Shown: positions 38,646-48,208, counted from the stretch's first letter. The stretch: DNA of 64,000 bases from Nitrosopumilus sp. (GCA_963662625.1 OY759726.1:1728001-1792000), one strand, 5' to 3'. Notes: generated by a model from the sequence alone, not told the origin. A program made the numbers and translations.

Positions 38646-38818
38646 TGAGACCCGCCGGCGAGGGAAGGCCGTTGAGCAACCAAGTTTGCGCGGGGACCGC
38701 CGCGGGGAACTGCGAGTTCTGGGGCCGCGCCGCGGCGTACGCGAGGGCGGGCCGGGACGAGCCGTTCGTGAGCGAGCTGGCGTACGTGATGGTCACCCTG
38801 TACAGGTCCAGCGCGTAG
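38646..38818 (+). CDS. Possible small hypothetical protein
   Basis: About 56 aa ending ELAYVMVTLYRSSA*, fills a divergent gap; start uncertain. Confidence 0.35.
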
Positions 38819-38829
38819 CCTGCGCGGCG

Positions 38830-39495
38830 CTACGGCTCCCGGCCGGCGAGATCCGCCGAGCACTCCTCGACGTCCTTGAACGAGTCTATAGAGTGCCACA
38901 TGGCGTCGGGGAACTCCACGGCGTTCAGCATCCCGCGCGAGGCATAGTCCGGGAACAGCGTCTTCTCCAGGTCTCCCTTCCTAGGCATGTCGGCCAGCGA
39001 CCCCCTCTCCAGGCAGTACACCCCCGCGTTCATCCACGTGCCGGGGACGCTCCCCTTCTCCCTGAACCCCGCGACCCTGCCGCCGCTCACGTCCATGATC
39101 CCGAACTTCGTGCGGAGCGGTATCGTGGCGACGGAGTTGGGCGCGCGCGCCAGCCGTCCCAGGTCCATGTCGGTCACGACGTCCCCGTTCATCACCAGGA
39201 ACGCCTTCCCCGTGATCATCGGGGCCACCTTCCTGACTGCCCCCCCGGTCCCCAGCGGGGTCCCCTCGCGGGACACCACGACCCCGCGGATCCCCCTCCT
39301 GTCCAGAAAGTCCGATATCATCTCGGACTTGTACCCGGTGCACACTATGATGTCCCGGATGCCGCTGCCGCGCAGGTAGCCTATCTGCCACTCTATGATC
39401 GGCGCGTTGTTTATGGGGACCAGGGGCTTTGGGACGTAGTCGGTGACCGGGCGCAGGCGCTTGCCCCTGCCGCCGGCCAGGATCACTGCCTTCAC
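38830..39495 (-). CDS. Sugar-phosphate nucleotidyltransferase family protein
   Basis: KAVILAGGRGKRLRPVT..VPKPL, PLGTGGA, VMNGD, MNAGVY. Confidence 0.92.
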   Translation of the reverse strand: MKAVILAGGRGKRLRPVTDYVPKPLVPINNAPIIEWQIGYLRGSGIRDIIVCTGYKSEMISDFLDRRGIRGVVVSREGTPLGTGGAVRKVAPMITGKAFLVMNGDVVTDMDLGRLARAPNSVATIPLRTKFGIMDVSGGRVAGFREKGSVPGTWMNAGVYCLERGSLADMPRKGDLEKTLFPDYASRGMLNAVEFPDAMWHSIDSFKDVEECSADLAGREP

Positions 39496-39628
39496 GGGTT
39501 CTCCTCGCACCCGTCACAATAAAAATAAACCTACGGGCCCGCGCCACGCCGGCGGGGAGGGGGGACTCCAACCAGCCGTGGCGCGTCGTCCCGCGGAGCG
39601 CCGCGCGCGGCGTCCCGCGGGAGGCCCC

Positions 39629-39763
39629 TCACCGGTCCCCGTCCCCCTCGGTCAGGTAGTAGTGCAGCTCGGTGTAGCATTCCTTGCAGTACCCCTCGTA
39701 GCCGGTGTGGTCGCAGTCGTAGACCCTCTTGGATTCAGAGCCGCACTTGGCGCAGTCGGGCAT
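39629..39763 (-). CDS. 44-aa zinc-finger-like miniprotein (not in ORF track)
   Basis: MPDCAKCGSESKRVYDCDHTGYEGYCKECYTELHYYLTEGDGDR*. Confidence 0.7.
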   Translation of the reverse strand: MPDCAKCGSESKRVYDCDHTGYEGYCKECYTELHYYLTEGDGDR

Positions 39764-39775
39764 GCACTGGCTGGG

Positions 39776-40171
39776 TCACGCCGATTTTTTTAGTTTTATG
39801 GCCCCCAGTCCGACCTGGACCGCCCCGGCTGCCAGCAGCGGGATCGCCTCGGCCACCGCGTCGCGGCCGGACTCGGCGGCCTCGGCCGGGGCGGCGGTGC
39901 CCACCACCGCCGCGCCGCCCGCCATTATCAGTATCCCGGAGGCGACGATCAGCGCCCCGAGCCCCAGCGACGGCTCTTTCCTCGCGATCGCGAACGCTAT
40001 GAACGGCAGCACCAGCGCCGGCATGCCCAGCCCCAGCCCGCGCGCCATGTGGTCGAACGGCAGGAACCCCTGGCCGTCCTCGTTGCCGTACCCGGCGGCC
40101 ACGTCGGCGCCGTAGACGAGCAGCAAGCCCACTGCGATCCCCGCGAGCACCAGGGCCACTGCCAAAGCCAT
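39776..40171 (-). CDS. Hypothetical membrane protein (about 4 TM helices)
   Basis: Hydrophobic segments; YGADVA...GFLPFDH..RG.GLG. Confidence 0.75.
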   Translation of the reverse strand: MALAVALVLAGIAVGLLLVYGADVAAGYGNEDGQGFLPFDHMARGLGLGMPALVLPFIAFAIARKEPSLGLGALIVASGILIMAGGAAVVGTAAPAEAAESGRDAVAEAIPLLAAGAVQVGLGAIKLKKSA

Positions 40172-40354
40172 GGGTTGGGTTTTTCCAAGACAACTAATAA
40201 ACCATTGTGGATCCCTGCGGCACGCCGCCGGATCGGGTCCAGGCAGGCTTGCGCAGGCAGCCCACGGGCCCCGATCGCCGCGCCTTGATCCGGCTGAGGC
40301 CGCGGCCCTGCGCGGGGATCCCCGGCAGGGCGCCCTGGGGGCGGCGCGGCCATG

Positions 40355-41500
40355 CTAGGTCCCGGGCCGCGGCACGGATCTGCCACTGAGCGCGGACGCC
40401 CTCTCAAGCAGTTGGCCGACGGTCTGGCCGTCCCTTCCCACGATGTTGTAGTGGCCGAGCTTCCTAAGGGGCTTTGAGACCCGCTTGCCGTACATCTTCA
40501 GGAACACGCCCGGCTCGTCGAGCACGGGCCCCTCGTACTCCCCCTCGAACCCCTCCGGGCCCAGTATGTTGCACATGACCGTGGGGCGGTTCAGCCGCGT
40601 GCTTCCAAGTTCCATCCCAAGTATCGCCCGGAGGTGCTGCTCGAACTGCGACGTCTCGCTTGACTGCAGCGTGTGGTGCCCGGAGTTGTGGACCCTGGGG
40701 GCGATCTCGTTGATCAGGATCTCGTCGCCGCCCGTCACGAACATCTCTATGCCGAAGACGCCGGCCCCCTTCAGCAGCCCCATGGTGTCCTCAGCTATCC
40801 TCTCCGCCTTTGCCGCGACGGCGCCCGTGACCCTGGCGGGGGCTATCGTCTGGCGGAGTATGTTCTCCTCGTGGACGTTTTCCACCAGCGGGAACGTCCT
40901 GATCTCGCCCCCGGTCCCGCGCGCCGCGATGACGGACACCTCCATCTTGAATGGGACGAGGCGCTCCAGCATGAGGCCCCTTCCCCCGAGCCGGTCGTAC
41001 GCCTCGCCGGCGCCGCCGGGCGAGAGGATCTTGAAGTTCCCCCTCCCGTCATACGCGTCCCGCCTCGCCTTCAGCAGCGACGGGGTGCCGAACCTCCCAA
41101 GGCCGGCCTTCAGTCCGTCCAGGGACTCGATCCTGGCAAACTCCGGCACCGGCAGGCCGTTCTCCGCCAGGAACGACTTTTGCAGGAACTTGTCCTGGAT
41201 TATCCTGAGGGTCCCGGGCGACGGGCTGACCCGGGCCCTGTCCTGGACGGACTCGAGTATCCCGCTGTCTCCGGACTCGATCTCGTACGTGATGATGTCC
41301 GACCTCTCGGCCAGTTCCACGATCGCGTCCTCCTGCCTGAAGCCCGCGACGATCTGCTCCGCGCCCTTCTGGGCGGCGGGGCACCCCTCGGTCGGATCCA
41401 GCACGATGACCTTGGACACCTCCCCCGGCATCCGCATGGCGGCCTCGGTCAGCATCATGCCCAGCTGGCCCCCGCCAATTATGCCCAGCGCCCTTCCCAT
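40355..41500 (-). CDS. purK: N5-CAIR synthetase
   Basis: GIIGGGQLGMM, AYDGRGN, NEIAPRVHNSGH, SQFEQHLRA, RKLGH. Confidence 0.96.
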   Translation of the reverse strand: MGRALGIIGGGQLGMMLTEAAMRMPGEVSKVIVLDPTEGCPAAQKGAEQIVAGFRQEDAIVELAERSDIITYEIESGDSGILESVQDRARVSPSPGTLRIIQDKFLQKSFLAENGLPVPEFARIESLDGLKAGLGRFGTPSLLKARRDAYDGRGNFKILSPGGAGEAYDRLGGRGLMLERLVPFKMEVSVIAARGTGGEIRTFPLVENVHEENILRQTIAPARVTGAVAAKAERIAEDTMGLLKGAGVFGIEMFVTGGDEILINEIAPRVHNSGHHTLQSSETSQFEQHLRAILGMELGSTRLNRPTVMCNILGPEGFEGEYEGPVLDEPGVFLKMYGKRVSKPLRKLGHYNIVGRDGQTVGQLLERASALSGRSVPRPGT

Positions 41501-41602
41501 CGGATACTAGGCGCGGCGTGGATAAAAATACCTACTGCCGCGCGGGGGCGCCAGCGGGGCGGCCCCGGTATAGATAATAACGTGCTGCGTTTTTTCAGTG
41601 TG

Positions 41603-42169
41603 ATGGCCGCGCCGCGAAAGCCCGTGATCGGCATAATCATGGGATCAAGCTCTGACAGCAGGGTGATGAGGGGGGCGGCGGAGGCGCTCGACGGGTTAGG
41701 CATAGCGCACGAGGACAGGATCGTCTCGGCGCACAGGACCCCGTCCATGCTGGCAGAGTACGCCGAGCACGCCGAGAGGTCCGGCTTCAAGGCCATAATA
41801 GCCGGCGCCGGCGGCGCGGCGCACCTGCCCGGGATGATCGCGTCGTTTACCGTGATACCGGTGGTAGGGGTGCCCATCATGGTCTACAACGACAGGCGGC
41901 CGGACGGGACGGGCTTTTCGGCATTCGGGGGCCTCGACTCGCTGCTGTCGATCTCCGAGATGCCGTCAGGATCCCCGGTGGCCACGGTGGGGGTCAACAA
42001 GGCGGCAAACGCCGGGATCTACGCTGCCAGGATCCTCGCCAACGGGTCGGCTCGCCTGAGGGGGCGCCTGAAGCGCATCAAGTCGGACAGGCGCGAGTCG
42101 GTGCTCGCCGAGTCCGCCGAGATGGAGTCGCAGGGGCTGGGCAAGTTCGCCCCCGCGGGTCCGGGCTGA
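41603..42169 (+). CDS. purE: N5-CAIR mutase
   Basis: IIMGSSSD, VSAHRTP, AGAGGAAHLPGM, GGLDSLLS..EMPSGSPVATV. Confidence 0.96.
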   Translation: MAAPRKPVIGIIMGSSSDSRVMRGAAEALDGLGIAHEDRIVSAHRTPSMLAEYAEHAERSGFKAIIAGAGGAAHLPGMIASFTVIPVVGVPIMVYNDRRPDGTGFSAFGGLDSLLSISEMPSGSPVATVGVNKAANAGIYAARILANGSARLRGRLKRIKSDRRESVLAESAEMESQGLGKFAPAGPG

Positions 42170-42222
42170 TCACGGGCCGGGCGGGAGGCGGCACGGGCCG
42201 CGGGCGCGCCCCGCCACGCGGG

Positions 42223-43431
42223 TCACGTGAGGAGCTTGAACCGGGTGTCCCTCTTCCGCAGCGCCTCGAGCAGCGCGTCTGCCTGCTCCTTTCCGTGGGT
42301 CTCCAGGCTCAGCGTGACCGACGCCGAGCCCGCCTTTATGTCGGAGCTCAGCCTGTCGTGGATCACCTCCACGATGTTGGCGTTGGCGGCGCTGATCACG
42401 TCCACTATCTCCTTGAATGCCCCCGGCATGTCAGGCAGCAGGATCGAGATCTTGAGCAGCCTGCCCATGGCCGCCAGCCCCTTGTCGACGATCTGCCCCA
42501 GCAGGTACATGTCGATGTTTCCGCCGGCGAGTACCGCCACCACCTTCCTGCCCGGCGAGGGCTTCCGCGAGATCAGGTAGGCCAGCCCCGCCGCGCCGGC
42601 GGGCTCCACCACCACCTTCATCCTCTCCATCAGCAGGAACATCGCCTTTATGATCTCGGAGTCGTCCACCAGCACTATGTCGTCTATCAGGTCCCTGATT
42701 ATGGGAAACGTCACCTTCCCCGGCACCCGGACGGATATGCCGTCGGCGATGGTCCTGTCCCCGCCGGCGCCCCCCGGGGAGCCTGACCGCCACGACTCGT
42801 ACATCGACGGGTGCGACGCCGACTGGACGCCGACGACCCTGACGCCGGGGTGGTTCTCCTTAACTGCCAGCAGCACGCCTGCCGCCAGGCCGCCGCCGCC
42901 TATGGGCAGGTAAATCTCCTCGACGTCGGGGATCTGCTCGAGCACCTCCAGCCCTATGACGCCCTGCCCCGCGATGATCGCCGGGTCGTCAAACGCATGG
43001 ATGAGCGTGGCCCCTGTCTCCCCAGAGATCTCCCGGGCCTTGGCCGCCGCCTCCTCGTAGTTGATCCCCTCCAGGATGACGTTCGCGCCGTACCCCCTCG
43101 TCGCGGCGACCTTGGTCGGGGAGGCGTTCTTCGGCATGACTATGGTGCACGGGATGCCCTCGCGGTCTGCGGCATACGCCACCCCCTGCGCGTGGTTTCC
43201 CGCGGAGGCCGCGATGACGCCCCTGTCCCTCTCCTGCGGGCCCAGCGACACGATCTTGTTGTACGCCCCGCGGATCTTAAACGCGCCTGTCTTCTGCTGG
43301 AACTCGGCCTTCAGGTAGACGTCGGACCCGCTCAGCTCGCTGAACGCGGCGGAGTGCAACAGCGGCGTCTTCCTTACGGCGTCGGTGCGCAGCAGGCTTG
43401 CCTTCACAACGTCGTCGTACGTGGCGGCCAT
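42223..43431 (-). CDS. ilvA: Threonine ammonia-lyase with C-terminal ACT domain
   Basis: KAEFQQKTGAFKIRGA, ASAGNHAQGVA, PIGGGGL, VEPAGA, GGNID. Confidence 0.93.
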   Translation of the reverse strand: MAATYDDVVKASLLRTDAVRKTPLLHSAAFSELSGSDVYLKAEFQQKTGAFKIRGAYNKIVSLGPQERDRGVIAASAGNHAQGVAYAADREGIPCTIVMPKNASPTKVAATRGYGANVILEGINYEEAAAKAREISGETGATLIHAFDDPAIIAGQGVIGLEVLEQIPDVEEIYLPIGGGGLAAGVLLAVKENHPGVRVVGVQSASHPSMYESWRSGSPGGAGGDRTIADGISVRVPGKVTFPIIRDLIDDIVLVDDSEIIKAMFLLMERMKVVVEPAGAAGLAYLISRKPSPGRKVVAVLAGGNIDMYLLGQIVDKGLAAMGRLLKISILLPDMPGAFKEIVDVISAANANIVEVIHDRLSSDIKAGSASVTLSLETHGKEQADALLEALRKRDTRFKLLT

Positions 43432-43501
43432 GGGAACCTTGCTATCCGCGCGGCATATTTGATTCATTCCATTGCGGCAGGCCCGCCCGCCTCCGGCGCC
43501 C

Positions 43502-44344
43502 TCAGCCCGCGTCGAGGGCAGAGAGGATCAGGTCCAGGTCTTCCGCGATTTTCCGCCTTACCCTGTCGGGGATCTTCCGGGAGTCGAATGCGCCCTCCCT
43601 CGACCCGTCCCTTACGAACTCCAGGTCTAGGGCCACCAGGCACCCCTCCTCGCCGGTGACCAGCCTCGCGTCGTCGATGAGCACGGGTTCCATCCGGTAT
43701 GTCTCCAGCAGCAGGGAGTCGAGCTCGTCGAACAGCGCGGCCTTCTTCACGGAGAGCCCCTCTAGGTCCGCGTCTGCGCCCCCCTCGATCTCGCCGTAGA
43801 CCCTTTCCCTCAGCTCGTCGTCCTCGTACAGTATCTCGAACAGCTTCTGGTGGTCAAAGTCCCGGTAGCCCATCTCCCTCAGCTTGGCCAGCACGAACCG
43901 GTCTCCGGCGTCGGCCATCTGCCGCTCCTTGTCCTTCGTCAGGTCTACCAGATCCGACAGCTCCTTCTGGCAGTCGACGACCCTCTGGTCGGGCCGGTAG
44001 TACAGCAGGACGTGGAACTGCACCGACATGTGCCCCGAGAGCAGGTAGTTCCCCTCCATCCTCTCGAACTTGATGAAGATCCTCCTGACGTCCTCGTTGT
44101 TGGAGGTCGACACGTCCTGGACCGCCCAGCCGTCCAGCCTCCCAGCCACCCTCCGGTAAAAGTCGCCTACGCGCGCCGGATCGAACGTCTCCTGCCCGGT
44201 GACCGTAGAGTCCCCCAGCATGACCCTGACGCCGGCGGTGCGGACGAGATCCGCGATCCGCCGGAGGTATGAGCCCTGTATCTCGTCAACCTTCCCGCCA
44301 AGATCCCGCAGGAACCCGTCGGTCGAGCCTGGAACCAGCCGCAC
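43502..44344 (-). CDS. Hypothetical protein
   Basis: 280-aa ORF with genome-typical codon usage. Confidence 0.75.
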   Translation of the reverse strand: MRLVPGSTDGFLRDLGGKVDEIQGSYLRRIADLVRTAGVRVMLGDSTVTGQETFDPARVGDFYRRVAGRLDGWAVQDVSTSNNEDVRRIFIKFERMEGNYLLSGHMSVQFHVLLYYRPDQRVVDCQKELSDLVDLTKDKERQMADAGDRFVLAKLREMGYRDFDHQKLFEILYEDDELRERVYGEIEGGADADLEGLSVKKAALFDELDSLLLETYRMEPVLIDDARLVTGEEGCLVALDLEFVRDGSREGAFDSRKIPDRVRRKIAEDLDLILSALDAG

Positions 44345-44631
44345 GGCCTTGGTGCGCCGCCGCGGGCATTAAACCTTACAGGTGCCGTCCCGCACTGGTC
44401 CGGGCCCGCGGGCCTGGCGGCGTGCGCGGCCCCGTCCGCCCCGGGGCGGCCGCCCAGTCCGCCGCGGGATCCGGCGGTATAGCCCTTAAATATGCAGATC
44501 CCCCAGAACGTGTATGCGCATGGTTGCGGCTGGACGTGGCGGCCGCGAACTGCGCCGAAACGTATAAGGGAAGCGCGAACGGATGTTCCGGCTGATGGAC
44601 AGAACTTCCACGCGGATCGGCGGTGCCGCGA

Positions 44632-45444
44632 ATGCCTGAGGGATCCGACGACCCCGGCGGCGCCAACCAGGAAGCCCCGGCGCCGTCCTCCAACGTGATA
44701 GACGCCATGTTCGCCAAGAGGGGGACAGAGATCCTCGACTCCGATACCATGATACTGGAGACGCAGAAGAGGGTGTGGGCGGCGCTGAAGAAGGGGTACA
44801 CGTACGCCGGGATCACCGACGACTCGGAGAAGTTCCTCCGGAAGAACGTCTTTGCAAAGCTGGACATGGTGGTCCTGTACGTCGACCTGGTCGGCTCCAC
44901 CACGATGACGCTCGAGCTGCCGGTGGAGAAGCTGGCGAAGATCATCAACTCGTTCTCCCAGGAGATGGCGTCGATGATCCACCAGCACAACGGGTTCGTG
45001 CTCAAGTTCGTCGGCGACGCCGTGATAGGGTACTTTGTGGCAGGCGGGGACAAGCTGCGCGCGGCGCGCGACGGGGTCAGTTGCGCGCGGTCCATGAACA
45101 AGATCATCCAGGAGGCCATAAACCCGGTCCTTAACCAGTACGACTACCCGGACCTGATGGTAAAGATCGGGATGGACTTTGGGCAGAGCATCGTGATCCG
45201 CTACGGGTCAAACCCCTCCGCGTCCCACATAGACCTGATAGGGTCCGTCATGAACATGGCCGCGAAGATCCAGTCCATGGCAAAGCCCAACGAGATACTC
45301 ATCGGCAACGACGTCTACCGGATGCTGCACCCGGAGTACCAGGAGTCGTTCAGGGAGGTCATCATGGACGCGGAAAGGTGGAAGTACCGTTCCAGGAGGA
45401 CGGGCGAGATATACAAAGTCTACGAGCTGGTGCCTAAACGGTGA
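44632..45444 (+). CDS. Class III adenylate/guanylate cyclase catalytic-domain protein
   Basis: LYVDLVGST, LKFVGDAVI, KIGMDFG, DLIGSVMNMAAKIQ. Confidence 0.9.
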   Translation: MPEGSDDPGGANQEAPAPSSNVIDAMFAKRGTEILDSDTMILETQKRVWAALKKGYTYAGITDDSEKFLRKNVFAKLDMVVLYVDLVGSTTMTLELPVEKLAKIINSFSQEMASMIHQHNGFVLKFVGDAVIGYFVAGGDKLRAARDGVSCARSMNKIIQEAINPVLNQYDYPDLMVKIGMDFGQSIVIRYGSNPSASHIDLIGSVMNMAAKIQSMAKPNEILIGNDVYRMLHPEYQESFREVIMDAERWKYRSRRTGEIYKVYELVPKR

Positions 45445-45580
45445 ACCTTCCGGGGCACTCTACGTGCTCGTAGTGGTGCTCGGTGAATTTTTCCTGCACG
45501 ACGTAGATCACTATCTTGTGCAGGTCCTCGTAGCTGATGGGCTTTTTGCACTTTGCGCACGTCCTCTTGGTCTGTGGCAT
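45434..45580 (-). CDS. 48-aa CxxC...HxxC zinc-finger miniprotein (not in ORF track)
   Basis: MPQTKRTCAKCKKPISYEDLHKIVIYVVQEKFTEHHYEHVECPGRFTV*; TTATAA box about 25-30 bp upstream. Confidence 0.75.
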   Translation of the reverse strand: MPQTKRTCAKCKKPISYEDLHKIVIYVVQEKFTEHHYEHVECPGRFTV

Positions 45581-45756
45581 TGGAATAGTTGATCCAGCAA
45601 GGAATTATAAGGATCGGCGATCAGCTCAAGTTGAGTAAAAACAACTCCGATTTTACATCCTGATTTATCAAACGCCTGAGCGCCCACGCGTGGCAGGCAC
45701 GCGGCCGCGCGCCGGCGGCCCCCTCCCGGCCCCATGGCAAGGCAAAAATAAGCCCA

Positions 45757-46158
45757 ATGCCAGGCATCAGCATGGACGACCACGTTCTGAACCACCTGAG
45801 GGGCCTCTACGGCGCGGATCCGGACGTGCCGCACGTGGCATTCCAGTTTCCAAGGCTCCCCCCCGGCCCGAGGCGGGAGTTCGACCCGGGAGCGGGCCCC
45901 GCGCTGGAGGGCATGCTGAAGGACGCCGGGGGCATCGGCGGCGGGCTCCAGGGCTTCCAGCACGCGTACCAGATGCGCGCCGCCGGACTCCTCACCGCGG
46001 GCCCCATGGTCGTACCCCCGGGACACCCGCTGTACACCCTGCGGGACTCGGTCTCCTCGCTGAGGGCCGAGAACGACAAACTGCTGAAGGAGAATGCCGA
46101 GCTGCGCAAGAGGCTCGAGGATTCCAGATCCCATTCCACGTCGGCACGCGCGCCATAA
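45757..46158 (+). CDS. Hypothetical protein with C-terminal coiled coil
   Basis: LRDSVSSLRAENDKLLKENAELRKRLE heptads. Confidence 0.6.
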   Translation: MPGISMDDHVLNHLRGLYGADPDVPHVAFQFPRLPPGPRREFDPGAGPALEGMLKDAGGIGGGLQGFQHAYQMRAAGLLTAGPMVVPPGHPLYTLRDSVSSLRAENDKLLKENAELRKRLEDSRSHSTSARAP

Positions 46159-46209
46159 GGCGGGGCAGCCCGCCCGCCCGGGGCATCCCACGCAATAGTC
46201 TGTTGAACA

Positions 46210-46530
46210 CATGATAACCACCCAGGCGTAGTTGCCCCGATGGACCGGCCCCTGGTAGCGCGTGGGCCTGGCGCCCTTTCTGTTGAATGGGGCAATCCGA
46301 GCTGCCGTGTCACTGGGCTTCGCGCCCTGATAGGTGTGTGCAGCTTCCGATCCGTCAGGCATCCGAAAGGAGGTGATAGGAAAGGATGAGAAAGACAAGC
46401 ATGGGGACAGGCATGGGGAAGAGAAAGCGCGGCGCGTGCGTGGTGGACGGGAACGGGAAGGTTCTCGAGAGGGGGCAGTACCCCAACACCCGGGACGGCG
46501 CGGCGAAGTTCGCAGGGGTGATGGCGCGCA
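46210..46530 (+). mobile_element. Truncated IS110-family element (non-coding left end plus first ~48 codons of DEDD recombinase) nested in the IS5 left TIR
   Basis: GGAGGTGA SD at 46369, ATG 46386: MRKTSMGTGMGKRKRGACVVDGNGKVLERGQYPNTRDG, matching the IS110 N-terminus GID..K.....CV.D..G......(F/Y).N...G. Confidence 0.78.
46225..46350 (+). ncRNA. Candidate IS110 bridge/seek RNA (two stem-loops with internal loops)
   Basis: Stems TTGCCCC/GGGGCAA with inner GGCCC/GGGCC, and AGCTGC/GCAGCT with inner GGGC/GCCC; loop has TCTGTTGAA identical to the left flank. Confidence 0.5.
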
Positions 46531-47821
46531 ACTGCCAGAAATTGCCGGGCCTAAACAGTTGAGCCCCCAGCCCAACCACGCCAAACCGAAAAGGCCTTGG
46601 ATCACGGCCGCGCACCGTCCCCGTTGGCTGCGACCGACAACGAGAAATGCGCCAGGTGCGGGAGGGGCCTGGCGGTGTCGCATGGCCCCGGCTGGGGGGC
46701 GGCCTGGGGGAGGCCAACGCCGGCAAGGAGGGCGCCCCGTTCAGGTACGCCTGGGCGCTGGTCATGGCCGCCGCCGCGGTGAGGACATCGCCCGGGGCCC
46801 GGTACAGGCAGCTGTCCGGGCTCCTCGCTGGGATGCTGGGGGGCATGGCGCGCCGCACAGCCCGGTGCTGGCCAGGAGGATGGCGCGCCCCGGCGGGGGA
46901 GTCGTCCGCGTCTCCGGCGGCGGCCAGCCCATGACCCTGCTGGCCGACGCCACGGGCCTGAAGCAGTGCAACCGGGGCGAGTGGATACGGAAGAAGTGGA
47001 AGGTGAAGCGCGGGTTCGCCAGGCTGCACCTGCTGGCCGACGCCGACACGAAGAAGATGCCCGCGGCGGTGGTGACCGACGACAGGACGGGCGACTCCCC
47101 CATGCTGAAGGAGCTCCTGGGAACCGTGGTGGAGCCGCGTGGCGGGAAGCGGCAAGAGGGGAAGCCGGCGGGGAAGCAGGACAGGCGCATGGCGCTGATC
47201 CGCGGGAAGGCAGCCGCGGCGGGGGATCCCCTGCCGCGCGCGGGCTCGCCCCCGCCCAACCTCCTCGCGAGCGGCGTGGCGCCGCTCGCGCTGCAGTGCG
47301 GCCAGCCGCCCGGCTCCCGCGGGGCGCGCCTGATCGCGGACGGGGCGTGCGCGTCGCGGGACAACATGCGGAGGTGCCGCGACATGGGCGTGGGGCCTAT
47401 CATCCTGGCCAGGGTAGCGCCCGCCGCCGGGGGCAAGGGCGCCGGCGGCGCGTGGGGCGAGGCGGCTCGGGACCGGCCGGGGGGCGGCCCGGAGGCGCGC
47501 GCCGGCAGGATGGGCACGAGGGAGAGGGAGGAGAACGCCCGGTACCGGGAGGCCAGGAAGGGGTACGGCAGGAGGTGGCTGACCGGGATAACCATGTCGG
47601 CGTTCAAGGGGACGTCCGGGGACCACGCGCGCTCGCGCAGGTGGGAGAACATCGTGCAGGAGGCAAGGCCCATGGCGGCCCAGCACGACCGGTGGGCGGG
47701 GGAGGCGGGGGCGTAGGGACTCCAAGCGGCACGGCCTGGCCACGGCCCGGGGATCGTGCCGAGTTGTGCAACAGACTACCACGCAAGAATCCTTTATATC
47801 ACGCCGGCATGAATTCGCGGC

Positions 47822-48208
47822 ATGGGGAAGACCCCGTCGGAGAAGTGGAGCCAGATGGTCGTAAAGTACAGGAAGCAGTGCCAGTCGATACTGGCCCTGT
47901 CGAAGAACGTGCGGTACGTGGGGGTGATCAACGCGTACGGGAGGACGCTGGCCGGGATCGTCAACCCTAAGGTAAAGCCGCTGCTGGGCCCGGAGCCCGT
48001 AAAGAACGAGTTCTTCGCGATCCACATGCTGATGAACATGAGGAAGGAGTCGTCCAAGACCCTTGGCAGCCTTGGCCACATGCTGCTGCAACACAGCAAG
48101 GTCTCGATAATCGCCCTGTACAAGGGCAACGTGGTGTACTACGTCTCGGTGGATAAAAAAGAAAAGGATCTGGACCAGATCATCTCAAGCGTCAAGAAGA
48201 CGATCTAG
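47822..48208 (+). CDS. DUF6659-like (profilin/roadblock-like) protein
   Basis: CQSIL...VRYVGVINAYGRTLAG....VKPLL...LGSL. Confidence 0.7.
   Translation: MGKTPSEKWSQMVVKYRKQCQSILALSKNVRYVGVINAYGRTLAGIVNPKVKPLLGPEPVKNEFFAIHMLMNMRKESSKTLGSLGHMLLQHSKVSIIALYKGNVVYYVSVDKKEKDLDQIISSVKKTI

Larger units (their letters stand above)
46196..47778 (+). mobile_element. Degenerate IS5-family (IS903-like) element with TIRs and 8-bp target duplication
   Basis: TAGTCTGTTG at 46196 and CAACAGACTA ending 47778; CCACGCAA at 46188-46195 and 47779-47786; motifs NAGKEGAPFRY, RYRQLSG, ADATGLK...GEWIRKKW, LHLLAD, GDSP, ADGAC, GYGRRW. Confidence 0.92.
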
